Of a stretch of 32,000 nt of DNA, positions 24,659-30,100 are shown piece by piece. The notes beneath the pieces were generated by a model. The model searched no databases and was not told where the DNA came from. It was given only the letters and a program-made list of their open reading frames with translations. The stretch comes from Candidatus Omnitrophota bacterium (GTDB taxonomy: Bacteria; Omnitrophota; Gorgyraeia; 2-01-FULL-45-10). Made by a program: the position numbers and the translations under genes. Numbering within the stretch: the first letter of the stretch is position 1; each line of letters begins with the position of its first letter. Location of the stretch: NCBI GenBank assembly GCA_023818895.1, contig JAMWCX010000002.1, positions 300,001 through 332,000 on the forward strand. The letters run 5' to 3'.

Positions 24659-26086
24659 TCAAGCCTTGCCGAGAGACGATCCTTTTTCGCCACGCAAAAT
24701 GCCTACGATCAGACTGATCGATCCGCGATTAATATAAGAGATATAGGCAAGGATTAAAGATGCTGAAAAAATATAAAGCCACAAGCCCAGCTGAAATATT
24801 AATATTGATACAATGAAAACGATGCCTAACTTTAAAAACATTATTTTGTCTACAGCTATTTTCACTTTATCTTTCGATAAAATAACCCTAAGGAAGAGCG
24901 CGGAGATAGAAGCCACGAGAACGCTGAATGTCGTTGCCGCAATGCCATACGTCGGAACCAACAGTATATTCAATATAACGTTAATTGCCGCCGCGATCAA
25001 GGCTGAGTAAAATATCACCATCGTATTCTTATGTATCTGGAATATGATCTCATAGAACCAGGCAAACGTCAGTATCAGAATGGCCAATAATAGATAAGGT
25101 AGATATATATGAGCGCTCAGATATCTCGGGTCTACCATGATGTGAAAAAACGGCTTCAAAAACACTAAGCATACTATCACTATGGAACCGCCTGTCAGGA
25201 CCAGCTTATTAAATATCTTTGAGAAGAAGGTCTCCTTGTCCGGATGGGAAGCGCTGTCCAGCGCGGAGTCCTGCCATGCCATGTAAAAGATCAGGCTTCC
25301 TATATACATGACGGATGGTATTTTGTCAGCAACGGCATATATGCCTACCTCGTCAAGGCCTTTATAGATAGACAGTATGTACCGTCCGGAAATGCGTATG
25401 AACCACCAGCTTATGGTCGCAGGTAGAAGGGGCAGGGAATATTTAAGGATCGGCGTAATTACCGCCATATTGAAGTCCATCGGATTGTAGAATTTTATCA
25501 GGTCGGCTTTTTTGACCTTATACAGCAGGCTTATGGCATGCGCCAGGATCGCGGCTATAAAAAAACCGGAAACGCCCTGCCCGAAATACCCGATAAAAAT
25601 AATATTAAATACAAACATGCTGCTGGTAAGTATTATACCTGACTTGGAATACAACACATTTTTTCCGAGTGCCCTGACGATCTGCAGAAAACAGGCATCG
25701 ATGACTTTGAGGGCTATGTAAAAAACAACCAGAAATAAAGAGCTATAAGGAATGATCCCTCTTAAATAAGGCGCCCCTAGCCAGCAAAGGATGACAAAAA
25801 TAAACACATTGATGAGGATAACATTTACGACAGATGATATGGTAGCGGTCCTTGCCTGCAGCCTGGTCTCCTCGATTACGAATCTATATGCGCCGTCCGT
25901 GAGCCTCAAGGATATGACCGAGGCCAGAAGTATGGACCCTGTCACCACAAGGTCTATGAAGCCATACTCTGCCCGCGAAAATACTTTTGTGTAGAAAGGC
26001 AGCAGCAGAAAGCTGACGAAGCTTGCGCCGAATGTGCCTAACCCATATATAAAAATGTCTTTAATTAATCTCTTCTCTCTCAACAT
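24659..26086 (-). CDS. wzx: Wzx-type oligosaccharide flippase (MOP superfamily)
   Basis: 475 aa, about 12-14 TM helices. N-terminus LIKDIFIYGLGTFGASFVSFLLLPFYTKVFSRAEYGFIDLV is typical of Polysacc_synt flippases. Confidence 0.85.
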   Translation of the reverse strand: MLREKRLIKDIFIYGLGTFGASFVSFLLLPFYTKVFSRAEYGFIDLVVTGSILLASVISLRLTDGAYRFVIEETRLQARTATISSVVNVILINVFIFVILCWLGAPYLRGIIPYSSLFLVVFYIALKVIDACFLQIVRALGKNVLYSKSGIILTSSMFVFNIIFIGYFGQGVSGFFIAAILAHAISLLYKVKKADLIKFYNPMDFNMAVITPILKYSLPLLPATISWWFIRISGRYILSIYKGLDEVGIYAVADKIPSVMYIGSLIFYMAWQDSALDSASHPDKETFFSKIFNKLVLTGGSIVIVCLVFLKPFFHIMVDPRYLSAHIYLPYLLLAILILTFAWFYEIIFQIHKNTMVIFYSALIAAAINVILNILLVPTYGIAATTFSVLVASISALFLRVILSKDKVKIAVDKIMFLKLGIVFIVSILIFQLGLWLYIFSASLILAYISYINRGSISLIVGILRGEKGSSLGKA

Positions 26087-26110
26087 AGTATCTGGTTGAT
26101 GTTAGAACGG

Positions 26111-27052
26111 TTATGATATCTTCCTTAACACCACTCTTAAAAATTCCCGGTTGCCTTCGTCACTATCGTTTGTGTAATCTATTTTTTCTACCGCACGGCT
26201 TCCGAATAGCAGTGACTTTATATTTATTAATGTCTTAAAGACAGCCGGAAAGCAGGAAATCAGATCGCGTAATCTTCTCTTTGCAGCCGCAAGAGTGCCT
26301 GATGTGATGCGCAAAACATCCCCTGCCGTTGATACTCTGAGCATCATGAGGGAGTCTGAAAAATTTATTTTAAAAAAATATGAAATGCTATCTTTATCAA
26401 AAAAGGTTATATGCGGCTCGTGATAATAAGGCTGATTTCCTCTGTGGATCAGGACCTCTGTAATATCGTTGGGGGTCTCAACTATCATTATCCCGTCTTT
26501 TTTGAGACCCTTCAAAACCGTATAGATATATTCTTTCGGATCCTTCAAGTGCTCCAATACGTGAGATAACAGGACTACGTCGTATTGGCCTTTATCCGGA
26601 GAGGCAATATTTACTTCGGGAGGATATTCGATGGTCTTGTCGATCTCATCTGTGAAAAGGCTGCAATCCCTGTAGGCTTTTTTAAACTCGGCCAAGTTAA
26701 AGCCGTAACCGGCGCCAAGCTCAAAAACAGCGGGAGTCTTTACAGATTCCGGCAGATATTTTTTAGCGAGGCCGACAAGCGCTTTGCCCCTCGCCCGGAA
26801 TCTGGAAACATCACCGCTTGATAATTTAATACCGATCTTGGCCTTATCTCTGTATATATTCTCATAATAATAATCTAATTTACTCTTTTCAATTTCCTGA
26901 TGGCATACCTGGCAGAGACCGCAATTGCGGCATTTCATTATACGCAGACCTGGAAACATCTGCTTAAAAAGGCGTTCTTTGTAAATATAGTCGGTTATTT
27001 TCGAGAATTCTTTACCACCGCACGATACGCATTGCATCCTGCACGCCCCCAT
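26111..27052 (-). CDS. Class I SAM methyltransferase with N-terminal Zn-ribbon (sugar C-/O-methyltransferase-like)
   Basis: I trimmed the track ORF (26111..27103). Its first 17 codons are the stem-loop of the giant gene's terminator. The likely start is Met18 (27052) or Met23 (27037, MQCVSCGG..). Zn ribbon: CVSCGG..x28..CRNCGLCQVC. Motif I VFELGAGYGFNL. Also YDVVLLSHVLEHLKDP. Confidence 0.8.
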   Translation of the reverse strand: MGACRMQCVSCGGKEFSKITDYIYKERLFKQMFPGLRIMKCRNCGLCQVCHQEIEKSKLDYYYENIYRDKAKIGIKLSSGDVSRFRARGKALVGLAKKYLPESVKTPAVFELGAGYGFNLAEFKKAYRDCSLFTDEIDKTIEYPPEVNIASPDKGQYDVVLLSHVLEHLKDPKEYIYTVLKGLKKDGIMIVETPNDITEVLIHRGNQPYYHEPHITFFDKDSISYFFKINFSDSLMMLRVSTAGDVLRITSGTLAAAKRRLRDLISCFPAVFKTLINIKSLLFGSRAVEKIDYTNDSDEGNREFLRVVLRKIS

Positions 27053-27059
27053 AATACTG

Positions 27060-27068
27060 ATTATATCA
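27060..27068 (-). promoter_or_regulatory. Candidate extended -10 promoter element for the polysaccharide operon
   Basis: The minus strand reads TGaTATAAT (TG 27068..27067, TATAAT 27065..27060) immediately after the terminator U-tract. The -35 is poor (ATTAAT). Met18 ATG (27052) lies 7 nt downstream of the -10. Confidence 0.35.
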
Positions 27069-27069
27069 C

Positions 27070-27103
27070 AAAAAATGCGCCCATTAATCACTAATGAGCG
27101 CAT
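27070..27103 (-). terminator. Strong rho-independent terminator of the giant repeat-protein gene
   Basis: The minus strand reads AUGCGCUCAUUA-GUGAU-UAAUGGGCGCAU (12-bp stem with one G-U pair and a 5-nt loop, 27103..27075) followed by UUUUU-G-U-G (27074..27067). It begins 29 nt after the TAA stop at 27133..27135. Confidence 0.7.
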
Positions 27104-27132
27104 TTTTGGAATTTCTACTTACTGTTGTTTTA

Positions 27133-30100
27133 TTAACGCCTGTCAGTCAACCCTGTCGGACCGCCTGCCAGGGATGACGTAAGAGTATAACCGCCCTCAG
27201 CCGTTGTCGCGCCCGGAGGTGTTACCGAGTTCTGCACATCAAGGCGCTGTGAGACCTCCAAGTCCGGACTCAATGTTGAAAGCTGGGTCCACGCATTGTT
27301 GGAGTACTTGTATAAGCCTTTGGCGCCGAAATCGGCTATTATGTCATAGGTATTATTATTTACTGTCAGCATGAACGAATCAGCATCCCAGCCTGAAAGC
27401 TTCGTCCATATGCTATTAGCGTATTTGTATAAGCCATTGACGCCGAAGTCAGCGACAATGTCATATACGCCATTGTTGAGCTGCGAAAGCGCAAAATACT
27501 CGGCATTCCACGAAGTGAGCCTGGTCCAGCTGCTGGCGGCGTACTTGTATAAACCATTGATACCAAAATCCGTTATGATGTCGTAACTGCCGTCGGTGCG
27601 TCTGTCGGTCAGCGTGAAAGAATCGGCGTTCCAACCGGAAAGTTTCGTCCAGCTGTTATTTGAGTATCTGTAGAAACCGCTACCGCCGAAATCTGCCACT
27701 ACGTCGTAAGCATCGTTGTACAGTTTGGATACCGTAAAACAATCGGCGTTCCAGCCGGAAAGTTTCGTCCAGCTGTTAACAACGTATTTGTATAAGCCGT
27801 TGCCGCCAAAATCAGTTACGATGTCGTAACTGCCGTCGGTGCGTCTGTCGGTCAGCGTGAAAGAATCGGCGTTCCAGCCTGAAAGCTTTGTCCAGCTGCT
27901 GCCGGAATACTTGTAGAAGCCGATAGTACCGCCAAAATCACTTATTATGTCATACGTACCGCCATAAAGGCTTGTAAGCATGAAGAAATCTGCGTTCCAG
28001 CCGGTAAGCTTGGTCCATGTATTGTTGGAATACCGGTGCATGCCATTAAGGCCGAAATCTGCCACTACATCGTACTTGTCGTTATTAAGGCCACTAAGCA
28101 TGAAGGAATCGGCATTCCATCCGGAAAGCTTGCTCCAGCTATTATTGGAATAGCGATAGAATCCGCTGCCTCCGAAATCGACGATAGCGTCATAGCTGTT
28201 ATCAGAGCGCTTCTTTGACAGCATGAATGAATCGGCGTTGTAAGCGGAAAGCTTGGTCCAACTAATACCATTGTATTTAAAGAATCCATTAATGCCAAAG
28301 TCGGCAAATATATTCTCGCTGGTGTATTGCTTGACTCCCGTATCGTATTCCACCATTACCAGGTTGCCCAAGCTGTCGTATTCCTCGAATACAATGTCAC
28401 CGTCCACGATACCGTCCTGGTCGAGCATCCAGTGGTATCTGAGCGTGGTACCGTTCGTGAAGTACTCTTTCGTCTCGTAGATAACGTGCGCATCAGTATA
28501 GAAGGTGTCGAGCTTGCGGTCGGTCGTGGACGGGAAGTACTCTCTCGTAAAGTAGTAGCCGGTATCGAGGACTTCCTTGATCAGAAGGCCGGAGCTATTG
28601 TATTCCCTGAACGTTACGTCGCCGTCCGGAGTCGAATCCTGGTCGAGCATCCAGTGGAATTTGAGAGTGGTGCCGTCCTCGAAATACTCCTTCGTCTCAT
28701 ATACCACGTGCACATCTGTATAGAAGCTGTCGAGCTTGCGGTCATTGGTTGAGGGGTAGTACTCCCTGGTCATGTAGTATCCGGTGCTGAGAGTCTCCTT
28801 TATAAGGCGGCCGTAATCGTCCGTAAGGTCTCCCTGCGTGCCGCCGTCATCGACGGTCGTATCATCATATTCTGATACAGTGCCATCTGCCGTAGTCTTC
28901 GTATGTATCCTTCCTGACGGATAGTGGGTATAGATAGCGCCGCCGCCGATGCCCGTAAGATACCCGATCAGCGTATAGCCGGAGGTGCTCACCAAACCAA
29001 AAAGTCTCCCCCTGTAGGAACTATTATTGACTGGATCTTGGAGCTCTACCGCGATAAACTCCTGAGATGCGAATTCATCGCGTAGATCATATATATCGAG
29101 CGCCCTGTGAAGTTCCGCGCCTGCGGCAAGGTTGGAGAGAAATTCCGATAGATTGTCAATTCCCCCTATCCCGATCACTATTTCCTGTAGTATCGCGACA
29201 TATTCACTATTACTCATCAATTGTTCATCTATGGGTGTTCCGTACATGAGCGAGAAGTCGGCCTGGAGGTTGCTTGCAACGATGGCGTCGTGGACAACGC
29301 CAGGCTCTGATAAAGTGGCGAGGTAGCCGGAAAGCGTATAACCAGGCCCGTTTACGACGCCGGAAAGATATGCGCGGTAAGTATCGGGATGCGCGACAGG
29401 ATCCTGATCAGAAACCGCGATGCCCGACGCTGCCGCGAATGCGACGCGCAGGTTATACGTATCGAGCGCCAAGTGCAGCTCGGCGATCCCGGCAAGTTCT
29501 GTAAGGAAACTGTTGAGCGTATACGCGGGCTCATGATCATTGATGTAGGCGGCTATTCCCTGTATAAGATTTGTATAATCACCATTGGTAAGAATCTGCT
29601 CGGCGACGGGAGTGCCGTACATCAGCTCAAATTCATCCCGCAGCTCATTTGTACCCAGCGCATCATGCAACGTGACGGTATCGGTAAGAGACTGTAAGAA
29701 CGCTATCTCGTTGGCCTGGTTATAGCCGCCTGCCATGACTATCGCCGCAAGGTAACTGCGATACTCACCAGTGATGGCGATCTGGTCAGCGACAGAGATA
29801 CCTGAGCGTATAGCGAACTCTTCGCGCAGGTCATTGTCTATTATGGCCTGATGCAGATCGGCCATCCTTGAAAGCTCGGTTGTGAAGGTCGTCACCGTAT
29901 AAGTCGGATTGTCGAGCATATAACTTGCTATTCCGGAAAGTATATAGAGATAATCGTTGCTTGATGCCGGAGGCGTTGCAACAGCTACACCGTACATTAG
30001 AAGGAAGTCCGCCTGGAGATCGGCTGACGCCACAAGGGCCTCATGTATATCCGCCATGTGCGAAAGCGCACCGGTAAAATCGCTCACGCCATAACTTCCG

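Noticed and set aside
1601-25570. Homopolymeric A/T runs of 7-8 nt inside coding regions (near 1604, 12950, 18064, 19246, 23924, 25556), considered as phase-variation switches.
   Set aside because: The lengths are modest for an AT-leaning genome, they encode ordinary Phe/Lys runs in membrane proteins, and there is no evidence of length heterogeneity from a single sequence.
27065-27071. Single TTGTGAT/ATCACAA half-site (identical to one arm of operator O1) at the candidate EPS promoter.
   Set aside because: A 7-mer is expected by chance a few times in 32 kb on two strands, and there is no convincing second half-site at the O1 spacing.
27133-27200. PEP-CTERM / exosortase sorting signal at the giant protein C-terminus (it ends in RR, and the EPS locus resembles exosortase-associated loci).
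   Set aside because: There is no PEP motif and no hydrophobic transmembrane stretch before the basic residues. No exosortase gene is in the window.
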